Shown here: positions 30,152-42,900 of the stretch, in pieces
How positions within the stretch are numbered: position 1 is the first letter of the stretch
Layout: each line of letters begins with the position of its first letter
Assembly: GCA_963736855.1 (NCBI GenBank)
Contig: CAVTQK010000021.1
Coordinates: 96,001 to 160,000 of the forward strand
Source: an uncultured delta proteobacterium
GTDB taxonomy: Bacteria > Desulfobacterota > Desulfobacteria > Desulfobacterales > UBA2156
Length of the DNA stretch: 64,000 bases
Reading direction: 5' to 3'
Notes under the pieces: model-generated
Seen by the model: only the letters and a program-made list of their open reading frames with translations
The model's database searches: none
Told to the model about the DNA's origin: nothing
Program-made: the position numbers and the translations under genes

Positions 30152-31651
30152 ATGAACATCGCGAGAAATTTGGAACGTTCTGCACTTTTTTTCCCAGATC
30201 GACCTGCGATCAGTGAGGGTGCAACCGTCACTTCGTATGCCCAATTAAACGAGCGGGCGAGCCGTATCGCAGCAGCCCTCCTGAAACTGGGCATTCGGCC
30301 CGGCGACAAGGTGGGGCTCTGCGCTCCCAATTCAGAGGCATGGATGGCATTCTATTTCGGGATCCTGAAAGCAGGGGCAGCGGCGGTCACCCTCTCGAGC
30401 ACCCTGACGCGAGACGAGTTTTCGGGGATGGTCAGTGCCACTACACCCAAAGCCTTATTTGTTCCGGCTGAGAGGCGGGATGAGGTGAACGGCCTGATGG
30501 AATCGGAGATTCCGAGGATGATCCTGTGCGGTAGTGCCGGGTTGGATATGGAACACCTCGTGAAGATGGGATCTCCTTCCTTCCGGGCTGTGGAGCGGGA
30601 TAGGGCCGACATCGCCGCCATACTCTTCACCGGCGGTACCACCGGTGGACCCAAGGGCGTCATGCTTACTCATGAAAATATCCTTTCCGCCCTTCAGTGC
30701 GTGGTGTTCAATGAGCGATCCACGGAAAAGGATCGCGCCTTGTGCTTTCTTCCCTTCAACCACGTATTCGGGCAGATGCACATCATGAATGCCACCATCC
30801 TGAGCGGCGGGTGCATCGAATTGATCCCGGCCTTTGATATGGAGAAGGTCCTGCATGTCCTGTCTTCCGGGCAGGTGACCAAGTTTTTCGCCGTACCCAC
30901 CGTATACATTCGTCTCCTGGGCCTTGAAAGCCTGAGGGAAAAGCTGGGTTCGGTACGCTATTGCTTCTCGGCCGCTGCCGGCATGGCGGCGGAAACGGTC
31001 CGTCAGTGGAGGGAGCGGACGGGTCTGCAGATTCACGAGGCCTATGGGATGACGGAAAGCGCATCCATGGTCACATACAACCACTGCCACCGTCACGTGG
31101 TCGGATCTGTCGGGACGGTTACCGGAACCACGGAGATCCAGATCAGAGACCTGGAAGGGAATATCCGGGAAGTGGGGGAAGAAGGGGAGATCTGCATCCG
31201 CGGCCGCAACATCATGAAAGGATATCACAACAAGCCGGAAGAAACGCATGCTTCTTTTTGGGGTGAATGGTTCAGAAGCGGCGACATCGGGACCATGGAT
31301 GAGGATGGATACCTCTATATCGTGGATCGACTGAAGGATATGATCATCACCGGCGGTGAAAACGTTTATCCGAGGGAGATCGAGGAGATCCTTTTTCAGA
31401 GACCGGAGGTTCAGGAATGCGCGGTAATCGGTTTCCCGGACCGGGAATGGGGGGAGCGTGTAACCGCTGTGATCATCCCGAAGCCCGGACAGGTGGTTGA
31501 TGCCGATGAGATCAAGACCTATTTAAAAGGCCGTCTTTCGGCGTTCAAAGTACCCAAGGAGTACCTGGTGGTCGAGGAATTACCCAAGAGCCCCACCGGA
31601 AAAATACTCAAAAGGGAACTCAGGAAAAGCTTTTCTCTCCCGCTACTTTAG
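30152..31651 (+). CDS. Long-chain acyl-CoA synthetase (AMP-binding)
   Basis: FTGGTTGGPKG, YGMTE, SGD, DRLKDMI, PKSPTGK. Confidence 0.93.
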   Translation: MNIARNLERSALFFPDRPAISEGATVTSYAQLNERASRIAAALLKLGIRPGDKVGLCAPNSEAWMAFYFGILKAGAAAVTLSSTLTRDEFSGMVSATTPKALFVPAERRDEVNGLMESEIPRMILCGSAGLDMEHLVKMGSPSFRAVERDRADIAAILFTGGTTGGPKGVMLTHENILSALQCVVFNERSTEKDRALCFLPFNHVFGQMHIMNATILSGGCIELIPAFDMEKVLHVLSSGQVTKFFAVPTVYIRLLGLESLREKLGSVRYCFSAAAGMAAETVRQWRERTGLQIHEAYGMTESASMVTYNHCHRHVVGSVGTVTGTTEIQIRDLEGNIREVGEEGEICIRGRNIMKGYHNKPEETHASFWGEWFRSGDIGTMDEDGYLYIVDRLKDMIITGGENVYPREIEEILFQRPEVQECAVIGFPDREWGERVTAVIIPKPGQVVDADEIKTYLKGRLSAFKVPKEYLVVEELPKSPTGKILKRELRKSFSLPLL

Positions 31652-31751
31652 GCGGAAAAGGGCAAGTGACCCTCTTACGCCCTAAAAGCCGCAATCCAAA
31701 GACACGACGGAATGCGGTTTTAGCCGGATTGTTATTGATTTGTGCAGCCTT

Positions 31752-32594
31752 TCAAGTGCCCATTGTGATCATGGCCACTCCTCCTGCCACCAGAACCGCG
31801 GCAGCTATCCTTGTCTGCCAGGGCCTTTCCCTAAAAACGAGAGTGCCGATCAATGCGGCCATGATGACGCTTGATTCCCGCAGGGCCGAGACTGCTGCGA
31901 TGGGTGCGAAGTTGGCTGCATAAATGACAATGCCGTAGGCCAAAACAGAGCTGATTGCTGTGCCTATGACTCCCTGCCAGTGGGATCGCCATGCAAAGAC
32001 CAGTTGTCCTCTCCGGCGCAACAATGTAAAGACAATCACCGGACATTCGAAAAGAAATAACCAGGCAATGAAGCCAAAGGGGCTGCCGGACAAGCGTACC
32101 CCAATCCCGTCCGAAACCGAATATCCGGCGATAATGGCCCCGGTGCCGACGGCAAAGAAGACCGAGGATCGGTTTCTTTTTGGGGACGCTTCCTGAACCC
32201 ACGCGATGCTGACGATACCCATGGATGCAAGGATAACTCCGCAAAGAGCCGGCGTCGATAAGTGTTCTCCGCCGAAAACGGCTGCACCTATAGCGACCAA
32301 TATGGGTGCGACACCTCGAGCGGTGGGGTAAGCTTGACTCAAGTCCCCGAAGCGATAGGCTTGAAACAAGAACACATAATAAAGATAGTGAAAAAGGCAG
32401 GAGATCCCAATGGCCGGCCAGCTATCGGGATTTGGCGGTCTCACAAAAGGAATGAGTACCACACCGACAATGAACTGACCCAGAGCCACCGAGGAGAGAA
32501 CGAGTAACCGGTCAGATGCCTTCTTCACGAGTGCATTCCAGGTGGCATGCAGAAGCGCCGCCACAAGTACCATGATCGTGATTTCAGCCGTCAA
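31752..32594 (-). CDS. EamA/DMT family transporter
   Basis: AALLHATWNALVK, GDLSQAYP, SALRESS; about 10 TM helices. Confidence 0.9.
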   Translation of the reverse strand: MTAEITIMVLVAALLHATWNALVKKASDRLLVLSSVALGQFIVGVVLIPFVRPPNPDSWPAIGISCLFHYLYYVFLFQAYRFGDLSQAYPTARGVAPILVAIGAAVFGGEHLSTPALCGVILASMGIVSIAWVQEASPKRNRSSVFFAVGTGAIIAGYSVSDGIGVRLSGSPFGFIAWLFLFECPVIVFTLLRRRGQLVFAWRSHWQGVIGTAISSVLAYGIVIYAANFAPIAAVSALRESSVIMAALIGTLVFRERPWQTRIAAAVLVAGGVAMITMGT

Positions 32595-32927
32595 TTCTAT
32601 CTATCCTCTCTAACAAGAGGTTTTAAAAAACAACTTATCGATCAATGTGAGAGCGCCTATCGGTTTCGTTCAACGGATCGGATGCGTTGGTGCAAGGTTT
32701 CTTAATTTCTATGAATTAGTCCATGTGGCTTCCGGTATGCAACAGAATTCCTATGATATGTTTTTTATCTTCTGCTATGATATTAATGTATTTACCCAAG
32801 GCGGAGCGATAATAATGGGTGATGCCGGTCCGAACCGACAGGTATTGTTGAATAGTTTTCAGGTGAAGATGGTGATCAGTCATCGCCTATGGTTGCGGAT
32901 GAAATCTCATGGCAAAGGACTAACAAC

Positions 32928-34451
32928 GTGAATGAAATAATGGCCGCGCTGTGGCGCGAAGACATTCTCTACCTTACCGGTACGGCATTTGTTCTCGTGG
33001 TGTTGCTTTATCGCTTTTTAAAGGCCGGACGCGTGACGCTAAAGCACACGGTGCTGTTTTTTGTCTTCTGGTTGCTGATTGAAGTAATTTCTGCCGCTTT
33101 TGCCGTACGAGGGCAGTCAGAAATCGCCGGCGGTCTCCATCAGACAGCCCTGCTCGGGCTCGGGCTGGTGCTGATTCGGCTGTCGGGGATGTTTATTTTT
33201 CGCGTCGTACTTTCAGCGCTGCGTGTGAAGGCGCCCCGTATCCTCGAAGACATTGTCGTCATCGGTGGATACGTGCTGTGGGCGATGGTGCGTCTTTCCT
33301 ATACCGGAGTCGAACTCTCTAGTCTGATTGCCACCTCGGCGGTGATCACGGCTGTGCTTGCTTTCGCAATGCAGGATACGCTCGGCAACATCCTCGGCGG
33401 CCTGGCATTGCAGCTCGACAACTCACTGGAGATCGGCGACTGGGTGAAACTCGATGATCTCTCCGGCCGCGTTGTAGAAATCCAATGGCGCTACACCGCA
33501 ATCCTTACCCGTAACGGCGAAAAGGTGGTGGTTCCGAACGGCCAGCTGATGAAAGCAAAATTCTCGGTGATCTCCGATAAGGATCTCGGAGTCGCCGGAT
33601 GGAGGCGCTGGATCTGGTTCAACGTAGACTACAGTGTCAACCCATCGATGGTTATCACGGCGGCCGAGCGTGCGGTGGCCGATGCAGAGATTCCCAACGT
33701 GGCACCGGAACCTGCACCTTCTTGCCTGGTGATGGAGTTTATACCTGGGTCGGTACGTTATGCGCTGCGCTACTGGCTCATCGATCCGCTTGACGACGAT
33801 TCGACTGACTCGTCGGTCCGTACCCACCTGCTTGCGATGATGCAGCGCAACAGCTGGCGCATCGCGCTGCCGGATCAGGTAGTGCATCTTGTTCAGGAAG
33901 GCGACGCGCATCGCGAAGCGGTCCGGCAGCGGGAGCTCAATCGCCGATTGAAATCCCTGTCGGGTATCGAGCTGTTCGCGCCACTCGATGAAAATGAACG
34001 CAATAAGATGGCCGAACATCTGGTTTATGCACCCTTTGCAAGGGGCGATGTGATCACACATCAGGGCGCCGTCGCGCACTGGCTATATATCATCGTGACC
34101 GGCGAGGTGGATGTATTATGGGAAACGCCGGACGGCCGTCGCCGTCCTGTGACGCATCTGCAGTCGGGAAGTGTATTCGGCGAAATGGGTCTCATGACCG
34201 GTGCACCGCGGACAGCGACAGTCACCGCGGCCACCGATGTCGAGTGCTACCGGCTGGACAAGGAGGGCTTCGAGGGCATCATCCGTGGCCGACCTGAGCT
34301 CGCCGAGTACATGTCGCATATCCTGGCGGAGCGTCTTCAGCAACTGGATGAGTTTCAGAATAAATATCGGCACGAACGGAGCGAAGGAGAGCGGGCGGAC
34401 CACCGGGCTGCAATCGTTCAACGTATCCGGGATTTTTTCGGGTTGAGGTAG
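32928..34451 (+). CDS. MscS-family channel with cyclic-nucleotide-binding domain
   Basis: AMQDTLGNILGG, IGDWV, VPN; FGEMGLMTGAPRTATV. Confidence 0.9.
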   Translation: MNEIMAALWREDILYLTGTAFVLVVLLYRFLKAGRVTLKHTVLFFVFWLLIEVISAAFAVRGQSEIAGGLHQTALLGLGLVLIRLSGMFIFRVVLSALRVKAPRILEDIVVIGGYVLWAMVRLSYTGVELSSLIATSAVITAVLAFAMQDTLGNILGGLALQLDNSLEIGDWVKLDDLSGRVVEIQWRYTAILTRNGEKVVVPNGQLMKAKFSVISDKDLGVAGWRRWIWFNVDYSVNPSMVITAAERAVADAEIPNVAPEPAPSCLVMEFIPGSVRYALRYWLIDPLDDDSTDSSVRTHLLAMMQRNSWRIALPDQVVHLVQEGDAHREAVRQRELNRRLKSLSGIELFAPLDENERNKMAEHLVYAPFARGDVITHQGAVAHWLYIIVTGEVDVLWETPDGRRRPVTHLQSGSVFGEMGLMTGAPRTATVTAATDVECYRLDKEGFEGIIRGRPELAEYMSHILAERLQQLDEFQNKYRHERSEGERADHRAAIVQRIRDFFGLR

Positions 34452-34509
34452 TCTTTCCCATGATATCCTGTCTGCTCCGATAAAGATGCCCAATCAAAGC
34501 AAGAGAGTA

Positions 34510-35013
34510 CTAAAACGGCCAGAAGGCGTTATCGTACCAGATGTTTTCTCTGAGATCCTGTTCGATCTTTGAAAGCATCTCGAGATGGGATGTTTCCCAC
34601 TCGGCCAGCCACCGGTACACGGCCTTTTCGTTTTTGTCTTTGGCTTTTTTCGCCCGATCGCTGTAAAGGCGGATAGCCTTTTCCTCCATGGACATGGCCG
34701 CGGATACGGCTGCAGCCTCAAAGGATGCGGCGTCGATCTTTCTGGCAAGCTCCGGGGAAAAGACCGCAGAGGCGACCCTGTCTCCTGGTTTCCCGGCAAA
34801 GCAACCGGAGTCGAATTTCCCCAGGCTCTGGTAGGCCTTGAATTGCTCGGACAGGATTTCGATGTGCGTCCTTTCTTCATCGGCCATCATCTGAAAAAAG
34901 GCTTTTGTGGGTTTATCGGAGGCCTGCTTGGCCACTTTCTCATAAAAGGCCTTTCCGCGCTTTTCCAAAAGGATCGCATTTTTTAAGATTTCCAGGGATC
35001 TGTTTTCCTTCAT
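34510..35013 (-). CDS. Rubrerythrin/ferritin-like protein
   Basis: E..G..FY, EERTH, EEKAIRLY, WETSH. Confidence 0.88.
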   Translation of the reverse strand: MKENRSLEILKNAILLEKRGKAFYEKVAKQASDKPTKAFFQMMADEERTHIEILSEQFKAYQSLGKFDSGCFAGKPGDRVASAVFSPELARKIDAASFEAAAVSAAMSMEEKAIRLYSDRAKKAKDKNEKAVYRWLAEWETSHLEMLSKIEQDLRENIWYDNAFWPF

Positions 35014-35055
35014 GTACTACCTCCGGTTGAAATTATTTATCTGAAAGACAGGATG

Positions 35056-36312
35056 TTAATGGGCATCGGGCAAAGGGACAAAACTCCCATGATCCAATGG
35101 TTCTCCATGCCGGATGACTCTTCGACAGGGATTGACGCCGAAGGCATAAGCGAGTTCCACAGGAGAGGTGATGTCCCACAATACGAAATCGGCATCCTTT
35201 CCGACTTCTAGAGTTCCCACGTTATTTTCCAGCCCCAACGCTTTGGCCGCATGGATGGTCGCTCCCGCAAGGGCTTCTTCCGGGGTCAACCCGAAGAGGG
35301 TGCAGGCCATGTTGAGCATAAGCAGCAAGGATGTGGTGGGGCTGGTGCCGGGGTTGCAGTCCGTGGAGACCGCCATGGGAACAGCATGCCGGCGAAACAG
35401 GTCCACCGGTGGAAGCCGCTTTTCGCGAATGAAGTAGAAAGCTCCGGGGAGCAAAACCGCTACGGTGTTGCTTTTGGCCATGGCCACAGCACCTTCTTCC
35501 GAGAGGTGTTCCAGATGATCCGCGGAAAGAGCTTTGAAGCCGGCAGCCAGCTCGGCACCGCCCTGGTTTGAAAATTGCTCTGCATGAAGGCGGATCATGA
35601 GGCCGTGTTCCCTTGCCGTCCGAAACACTTTTTCCGTCTGTTCCCGTGTAAACCCGATGGTATCGCAAAACGCATCCGCGGCGACGGCTAAGCCCTGTCC
35701 GGCCACTTCCGGAAGCACCTTTCGGCAAACGAAGTCGATGTAAGCATCGGTGTCGCCCCGAAATTCAGGGGGGAGTGCATGGGCGCCCAGGAAAGTGGGG
35801 ACGACCGTTACAGGGTACCTTTTTTCCAAAAGACGGGCCACGCGCAGCATTTTCAGTTCGGTATCCACATCGAGACCGTACCCCGACTTGATTTCCACTG
35901 TGGTCACTCCTTGTGCCAGCATGGATTCCAAGCGGGGAGCGCTCTGACGAAACAGTTCCTGTTCGTCGGCGTCTCTTGTGGCGAAAACCGTGGAAAGGAT
36001 TCCGCCTCCGCGGCGGGAGATCTCTTCATAAGAAACACCCTGGAGCCGGAGTTCAAACTCACCAGCTCGGTTCCCCGCGTACACCAGATGCGTATGACAG
36101 TCCACTAGGCCGGGCGTAACCCACGCTCCCTTTCCATCATACATCCGATATGCGCGATCTTTGAAAGGATCCGGAAGGTCTTTTGCTTTTCCAATCCATG
36201 CGATCCTGGATCCGGAAACTGCGATGGCGCTGTTTTTAATGGCCCCGTAAGGGCTTCCCGGTGTCATGGTCGCCAGTTGAATGTTCGTCCATATACTCAG
36301 GGTTTCGGGCAT
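35056..36312 (-). CDS. hutI: Imidazolonepropionase
   Basis: [33 protein letters not shown]; start MPETLSIW. Confidence 0.95.
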   Translation of the reverse strand: MPETLSIWTNIQLATMTPGSPYGAIKNSAIAVSGSRIAWIGKAKDLPDPFKDRAYRMYDGKGAWVTPGLVDCHTHLVYAGNRAGEFELRLQGVSYEEISRRGGGILSTVFATRDADEQELFRQSAPRLESMLAQGVTTVEIKSGYGLDVDTELKMLRVARLLEKRYPVTVVPTFLGAHALPPEFRGDTDAYIDFVCRKVLPEVAGQGLAVAADAFCDTIGFTREQTEKVFRTAREHGLMIRLHAEQFSNQGGAELAAGFKALSADHLEHLSEEGAVAMAKSNTVAVLLPGAFYFIREKRLPPVDLFRRHAVPMAVSTDCNPGTSPTTSLLLMLNMACTLFGLTPEEALAGATIHAAKALGLENNVGTLEVGKDADFVLWDITSPVELAYAFGVNPCRRVIRHGEPLDHGSFVPLPDAH

Positions 36313-36313
36313 A

Positions 36314-37864
36314 TTATCCCAGGCGGCTGTCGATGATTTTTTCAAGATTTTGAAAAACGAAAAAGATTCTTGGAAGCCTTTCCGCAAGTTCGGCCTGGAT
36401 CTGTTGTACAAAGTCCTTATCATCAATTTCGGGAAGGTTGATCCGAACGTTGTACGCGGCACTCCGTGCCGCGGCCCGCACCAATTCGGCGGCAACTGCG
36501 GCATCGGTGAAACAATTGGGGTTTCCCTTGAAGAGCGATTTTTCCACAAGGCTGACCACTTCCTCCAGCGTTTGCAATGTCTGCATGGGGACCCGGGAGG
36601 CCTGCTTGAAGGCATTCTGAATCGCTTTCCGGCGTAAGGTGCTTTGTTTCTCGTTCTCTTTGGGCATTTTGAAGGCTGCCATCACCCGATTGTAGGCGTC
36701 GATGTCCTTATCCGCAAGGTCGAGCAGTTTCAGGGACAAGCGGTCGGCGGTTTCGAGCATTATGTTCATCTCGGGTGTGACATCCCGGAACTTGGGACGA
36801 CCCGCTGTCAGGCGGCCGACCATGGCGCAAAGAGCTGCACCCAACGCTCCTGCCAAGGCAGCGACGCTGCCGCCGCCAGGCGTTGCCGAAGCGCCGGAAA
36901 GTTTTTGAACGAATTCGCCGATGGATGTTTCCATGATTTTCATGATTGATCCGAATCCTCTTTGAAGGTCTAGAAGCGCCAGTTCGATGACTTGCCTGCT
37001 TTGAAATCCGGCTATCTGCATATAATAAGAAAGGCTGTCCAGAAGCGCTGCAGCAGGGACCATGCCATACACCTCGGTTTCGACAATGGCGACTCCCCAG
37101 CGCCTGGCCTCCATCCGGATCAGTTCCACGACGCGGTAAAGGGCGTTCTTTTCATAATCGACGATATTCATGCTCACCTGGGTAAGCCCCCGATCTTCAA
37201 GGGCCAGGCCGATTCCTTTGACATGGCACAACCCTCCGCTTGAAGCCCGAACTGTCTGCGCAATACACCGGGCCACCTCCAGGTTTCGGGTTCCTAAGTT
37301 GACGTTGAAGGCAATGAGGAATTTTCGGGCTCCGATGACAGTCGCACCGGCGCTCGGGTGCAGTTCTGGTTTTCCGATGTCCGGGTGTCGTTCCGGCCGG
37401 GCCACTTCCGTTTTCAGTGTTTCATACTCCCCTCTTCGGATGACTTCCAGCCGACGTCGTTCGGGGCGCAGGGCAGCCTCTTCATAGAAATAGACCGGGA
37501 CACGGGTTGCCTCGTAAAAACGGCGGCCGAAGTTGTGAGCGATTTTGACACAGTCTTCCATGGTTGTATTTCGAATGGGTGTGAAAGGGATCACATCGAC
37601 GGCTCCGATGCGGGGATGTCCGCCCCGGTGGACTTCCAGATCGATCTTTTCGATCGCTACCTCGGAGGCCTCAAGAAGAGCATCCTGAACCGGTTCGGGC
37701 TCCCCTGCCAGGCTTACCACCAGACGATTGTGATCGGGGTCGGCTCGGTAATCCAGAATCGTACAGCCCTTCTTTTTGCGAAACGGTGTCACGATCGCCT
37801 CGATGACGACGCTATTGCGTCCTTCGCTGAAATTGGGGACACATTCGATCAACGGTTTCGGCAT
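36314..37864 (-). CDS. ftcd: Glutamate formiminotransferase fused to formiminoTHF cyclodeaminase
   Basis: [24 protein letters not shown]-terminal TPGGGS...YNVRINL cyclodeaminase domain. Confidence 0.9.
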   Translation of the reverse strand: MPKPLIECVPNFSEGRNSVVIEAIVTPFRKKKGCTILDYRADPDHNRLVVSLAGEPEPVQDALLEASEVAIEKIDLEVHRGGHPRIGAVDVIPFTPIRNTTMEDCVKIAHNFGRRFYEATRVPVYFYEEAALRPERRRLEVIRRGEYETLKTEVARPERHPDIGKPELHPSAGATVIGARKFLIAFNVNLGTRNLEVARCIAQTVRASSGGLCHVKGIGLALEDRGLTQVSMNIVDYEKNALYRVVELIRMEARRWGVAIVETEVYGMVPAAALLDSLSYYMQIAGFQSRQVIELALLDLQRGFGSIMKIMETSIGEFVQKLSGASATPGGGSVAALAGALGAALCAMVGRLTAGRPKFRDVTPEMNIMLETADRLSLKLLDLADKDIDAYNRVMAAFKMPKENEKQSTLRRKAIQNAFKQASRVPMQTLQTLEEVVSLVEKSLFKGNPNCFTDAAVAAELVRAAARSAAYNVRINLPEIDDKDFVQQIQAELAERLPRIFFVFQNLEKIIDSRLG

Positions 37865-37888
37865 TAAAGACCCTTTCTTTTCAAAGGA

Positions 37889-39595
37889 TCAATCGGACAG
37901 CATAGGGATCTTGACTCCCCGGGATTGGGCCACCTCGCGGGCGAGGACATATCCGGCATCCGCATGGCGACAGATGCCCGTAGCCGGATCATTTCTCAAT
38001 ACCGTAGTTGCCCTCAGTTCCGCTTCCGGTGTACCGTCCACCACCGTCACTTGACCGGCGTGAAGGGAGTACCCGATGCCGACACCCCCCCCGTCATGGA
38101 AGGAAACCCAGCTTGCCCCGGAGGCCACATTGACCATGCAGTTGAGCAGGGCCCAGTCCGCCACCGCGTCGGAACCGTCTTTCATCCCTTCCGTCTCCCG
38201 GTAGGGAGAGGCCACGGAACCGCAATCCAGATGATCCCGGCCGATCACCAGGGGTGCGGAAACTTTTCCTGAAGCCACCAAATCGTTGAACAGTTTTCCC
38301 GCCTTGTCCCGTTCCCCGTAACCAAGCCAGCAGATACGGGCCGGGAGCCCCATGTGGGAAACCCTTTTGCCGGCCAATTCGAGCCAACGCACCATCCGTT
38401 TCTTTTCGGGAAAAGCCCGCATCAGGGCCTCGTCAGTGACCTCGATGTCCTTGGGGTTTCCGGATAAGGCGGCCCAGCGAAACGGTCCTTCTCCGTAGCA
38501 GAAAAGATCACGGATGTAGGCGGGCACGAAACCGGGATAACTCATGGCATCGTCCACCCCCCGCTTCATGGCCTGGGCGCGCAGGTTGTTTCCGTAATCA
38601 AAGGCCACCGCTCCCTGTTTTTTCATCTCGAGAATCGCACGACAGTGTATGGCCATGGAGTCGAAAGCCATGTCAATGTAACGCTTCGGATCCTGTTTCC
38701 GCAACCGGAGGGCGTCTTCATAAGGGATGCCCGCAGGAACATACCCGTTGAGTTCGTCGTGGGCGCTGGTCTGGTCCGTGACCACATCGGGAATGAATCC
38801 CTTTCGGATCAGGGCGGGTAGTACCTCGGCGGCATTCCCAAGCACTCCGATGGAAAGAGGCTTTTTGTCTTGTGCGGCTTTTCTTGACATGGCAACGGCT
38901 TCGTCGATGTTTTCGGTCATAGCGTCCAGATACCGGGTGTCCAGACGTCTCTGAATGCGTTGGCGATCCACTTCCGCACAAAGAACAACGCCGCCGTTTA
39001 ACGTAACGGCCAGAGGCTGGGCGCCGCCCATGCCGCCCAGACCCGCAGTGACCACCGTGCGGCCGGAAAGGGGTCCTGAAAAATGCTTCTCACTCAAGGC
39101 GGCAAAGGTTTCATAGGTCCCCTGAAGGATCCCCTGACTACCTATGTAAATCCACGACCCGGCAGTCATCTGGCCGTACATGATGAGCCCCTTGCGATCC
39201 AGCTCGTGGAAGGATTCCCAGGTGGCCCACCGGGGGACGATGTTGGCATTGGCGATGAGGACCCTTGGAGCATGCGTGTGGGTCTTCAGGATTCCTACCG
39301 GTTTTCCGGATTGAACCAGCAGCGTTTCATTGTTTTCGAGATCTAAAAGGGACAAGACGATAGCATCGAAGCAGGGCCAGTTCCGGGCCGCCTTTCCGGT
39401 GCCTCCGTAAACGATGAGTTCCATGGGCTTTTCACCGCATTCCGGATCCAGGTTGTTGCAAAGCATCCTGAGAGCCGCCTCCTGTTGCCAACCCTTGCAA
39501 TGCAGCCGGTTTCCCACAGGGGCTTTCACGGGCCGGGGGCGGCCCGAGCCGATCTGAAGCGTTTGAAGCAACATTTCTCTGGGAGAAATACTCAT
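37889..39595 (-). CDS. hutU: Urocanate hydratase
   Basis: [45 protein letters not shown]. Confidence 0.97.
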   Translation of the reverse strand: MSISPREMLLQTLQIGSGRPRPVKAPVGNRLHCKGWQQEAALRMLCNNLDPECGEKPMELIVYGGTGKAARNWPCFDAIVLSLLDLENNETLLVQSGKPVGILKTHTHAPRVLIANANIVPRWATWESFHELDRKGLIMYGQMTAGSWIYIGSQGILQGTYETFAALSEKHFSGPLSGRTVVTAGLGGMGGAQPLAVTLNGGVVLCAEVDRQRIQRRLDTRYLDAMTENIDEAVAMSRKAAQDKKPLSIGVLGNAAEVLPALIRKGFIPDVVTDQTSAHDELNGYVPAGIPYEDALRLRKQDPKRYIDMAFDSMAIHCRAILEMKKQGAVAFDYGNNLRAQAMKRGVDDAMSYPGFVPAYIRDLFCYGEGPFRWAALSGNPKDIEVTDEALMRAFPEKKRMVRWLELAGKRVSHMGLPARICWLGYGERDKAGKLFNDLVASGKVSAPLVIGRDHLDCGSVASPYRETEGMKDGSDAVADWALLNCMVNVASGASWVSFHDGGGVGIGYSLHAGQVTVVDGTPEAELRATTVLRNDPATGICRHADAGYVLAREVAQSRGVKIPMLSD

Positions 39596-39926
39596 GGTCG
39601 GTTCCTCCGCAGTCAAGCTGTTTTAATAACCTTAGCACCGATTGTATCATGGGCCAAGATAATCCTTTTTCACCATTTAAAAAACCACGTCATAATACAT
39701 CTCTTGGATTTGATTTGACCTGTTTTAGGCGACAGGTGCGACTTTGGCTGACAGTTGATCAAACGACAGATCCGTTTTTCTCACAACATACAGACTCTTC
39801 CCATCACCTCCTTTTGAATCGTGGTTGATTTTACATTTCGGATTGATTAGAAATGTCAAACATGTTGATATAAATAAGGATAAAACGAAGGAACAACTTT
39901 GTGATAGCGAACCACTTCGAGCGCAC

Positions 39927-42900
39927 ATGACCACCAGTCCTCCATATTTGGACGCTTTCGGGGTAAAGGCATCCCCCCCGTCACTCAAGGCCGCCAATGT
40001 CGCCCTGCGGATTCCCCGGTTCTTTTTCGACCGGCGCGACCATGACTTGATCCGGATCATCAACGCCGTGGGTGCCGGGAATCGGGATCTGGACTTCTTC
40101 CGCAGACGGTACTATCGCTATTTTCATCCCCACGGCATCAAGGAGATGGCTGAATCGCGCAGCCTGCGTATCGCCTATGCCATGGTCCATCTGCTCAGCT
40201 CCCTGGAAATCGGCGGCATGGACGATCGCCTGGACGCCTTGCGCTCGCTGCGCGCCGAAGTGCTGGATACCGCCGAAGGCCCCTTGCCCAAGAATACCGC
40301 CCGGGTGCTGATGCAGATCATGAAGGAGGTAGTGCGGGCGCGCCACAACCCACTGCGCCAACTGGAACTGGTCCATGATTTCCGCATTACGGCTTCGGGC
40401 AAGCCGCGACGGGTACGCAAGCAACTGCACAACTATCACCTGCTGGAGATGCCCGAGGAGTGGAACCAGATCTCGTTCGACGACCATGTCCACGACATCA
40501 ACACCAAGGGCCGCAAATCTTCCACCCACCTGATCATGGATGCCTGGATCAAGGGCATCCGGCGGTTGCGCGTGGTGCACTACAACTATATCGAACCGCG
40601 CTTTGCCGCCGAACTGGCCGAAGCGGCCCGCATCATGGAGATCGACATCCGTATCGGCATCGAGTTCTACACCCCCTTCCGAGGCCGCTATATCAATCTG
40701 ATTTGGGTGCCCCGGGGCTTTCCCGACGCTCAGGCCTTTCTCTGCTTTCTGGAGGAGCCGGCCGTCGCAGCCCTCATGGCCGATGGCCGCCGAGCTTCGG
40801 AATACCAGCAGGCCTATGTGATGGCGTTGCTGGAGGCCTTCAACCAGCGCCATCTTGCGGAGTTGAATCAAGAGTTCGGCATCGACATGGCGCGGATCGA
40901 GGCCCGGGAGTTTCTCGCCTTTGTGGGCATGGGGCAGAAATCGTTGCTGCATCTGGAAAAATTCATCGAGGAGAAGATGCGCGCCGCCATGGGGCAAAAG
41001 GCCGATCAGCTGCGAGCGGCCTACGACGCGGCCGACGCGGGCGAACAGGAACGCATGGCCGCATGGTTTGACCGCATGGACCCACTGAATCTGGAAGCGG
41101 TGGTGGCCGAATACTTCAAACCGGAGCGCAACCCCGATATTCCCGACCATACGGTACCCGGCGACGCGTCCGATATACCGGCACTTCTCAAGTTATCGCC
41201 CGCCGATCTTCTCGGCCGGTTGGCCGCCCTGCAGACCGACTATCGCATCACCCTGAACCTGTCCGGCCTGCGGGTCGAAGATGTGCTCGAACTCCTCTAT
41301 GACTGCGACGGCATGATCTCGCGGCTGGAGCTCTTCAATCTCAAGGATTGGGCCAAAGGCCATACAGAACATATACCGGCCATCAGCCGTCTCCAGGAGA
41401 CGATCAACGGCCATAACCCGATCAAGCTCAAACGCTTGATTCTGGAGATCGTCCAGCGGGTCGAGGAGAGCAAGGAGCCGGGGGACGCGGAGCGCGTCGC
41501 CAAGCTCAGGGCCATTCTGCACGACATCGGTTCGCTGCAAGTCATGTATCAGGCCAAACCGCTCAAGGCGCGCATCGGCAGCGATTCCACCGGGCGCTCG
41601 CCGAGCGCTCACGGCATGGGGCTGGCAGTCATCGAGACATTACCGGCCAGGGCCCGCCGGCAAATTGAAAAAGATATAGGCACGGGCCGCGACCGGCTAC
41701 CCATCCACATCAGCGTTTATCGCCGCCACACATATATCCCCGGTACGGCGATGAGTTACAAGCCGGAAAAATGGGGTAAAATCCCGCGCACGGCGCTGCC
41801 GTTATGGATAGGGGCCTTCAAGAAGGTGGACTGGTACGTGGAAAGCAAAGGTACCAGGATGACCGAACAGGGCAATGTGATCACGTTGGGCGGCGTACAG
41901 AAAGCGATTCGCAACCAATTGACACTGGCCCCTCCGGAGCCAAACCAGCGCAAAAGCATTTCATGGCGCTATATCAACTCTCACCTGCGCAACCTGCTCA
42001 AGATCTTCTTCGGATTCGTACCTGCCTTTGCCACCTTCTTCCTCACCAATGATTGGTGGCTCCTGGCTTACGGCGGCGCCTTTATCTGGTTCGGCATAAC
42101 CGGGGTCCGCAACATTTTGCAATCGGTGCTCGGCGGAGGCGGGCTGCGGCGCTCCCCGCTGCTGCGCTGGAATGCATACGTAAGCTGGGATCGTATCGCC
42201 GATTCGCTGCTCTTTACCGGCTTTTCGGTACCCTTGCTCGACTACCTGACCAAAACCGTGCTGCTGGAGCGCATCCTCGGCATCACCACCGCCACCCAGC
42301 CGGTGCTGCTCTACACCATCATGGCCTTGATCAACGGCCTGTACCTCTCTACCCACAATGCTTTTCGCGGATTGCCCAAAGGGGTTATCTTCGGCAACTT
42401 CTTCCGCAGCGCGTTCTCCATTCCCATCGCCATCGTCATCAACCTGGCGGTGGGTCAGATCCTCTCGGAGGCCGGCGTGGTCGCGGTGACGGATGTGCTG
42501 CAGAAATGGGCCGCCATTATCTCCAAGACTGCGTCGGACCTCGTGGCCGGCATCATCGAGGGTACGGCCGACCGTTACAACAACATCCGTATGAGATTCA
42601 GGGATTACCGCCAAAAACTCTCCGAACTGGTTTCCATTTACTCCCAGCTCGAACTGCTCTATCCGGAAGCCGACTCCTACGAGCTGTTGGAAAACGCCAC
42701 GCGCTTCCGGAAGAAAGCCCACAGCGAGGCGCGCGATCTGGAAAAAATCATCACCATCCACTCTCTGGACCTACTCTACTTCTGGATGTATCAGCCCAGG
42801 GCGCACAGCGCCCTGGACCAGATGCTCAAGAACATCAACGAAGAGGAGCGGCAGCTGCTGGTGACCTCCCAACTGACGCTGCTCCAGCAGCGCGACATCA

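Noticed and set aside
36312..36615. N-terminal extension of HutI
   Set aside because: Overlaps ftcd in another frame; HutI similarity begins at MPETLSIW
39981..42761. Long antisense ORFs (389 and 266 aa), and similar ones opposite cooF and other genes
   Set aside because: Typical stop-poor antisense frames of GC-rich coding sequence with no motifs
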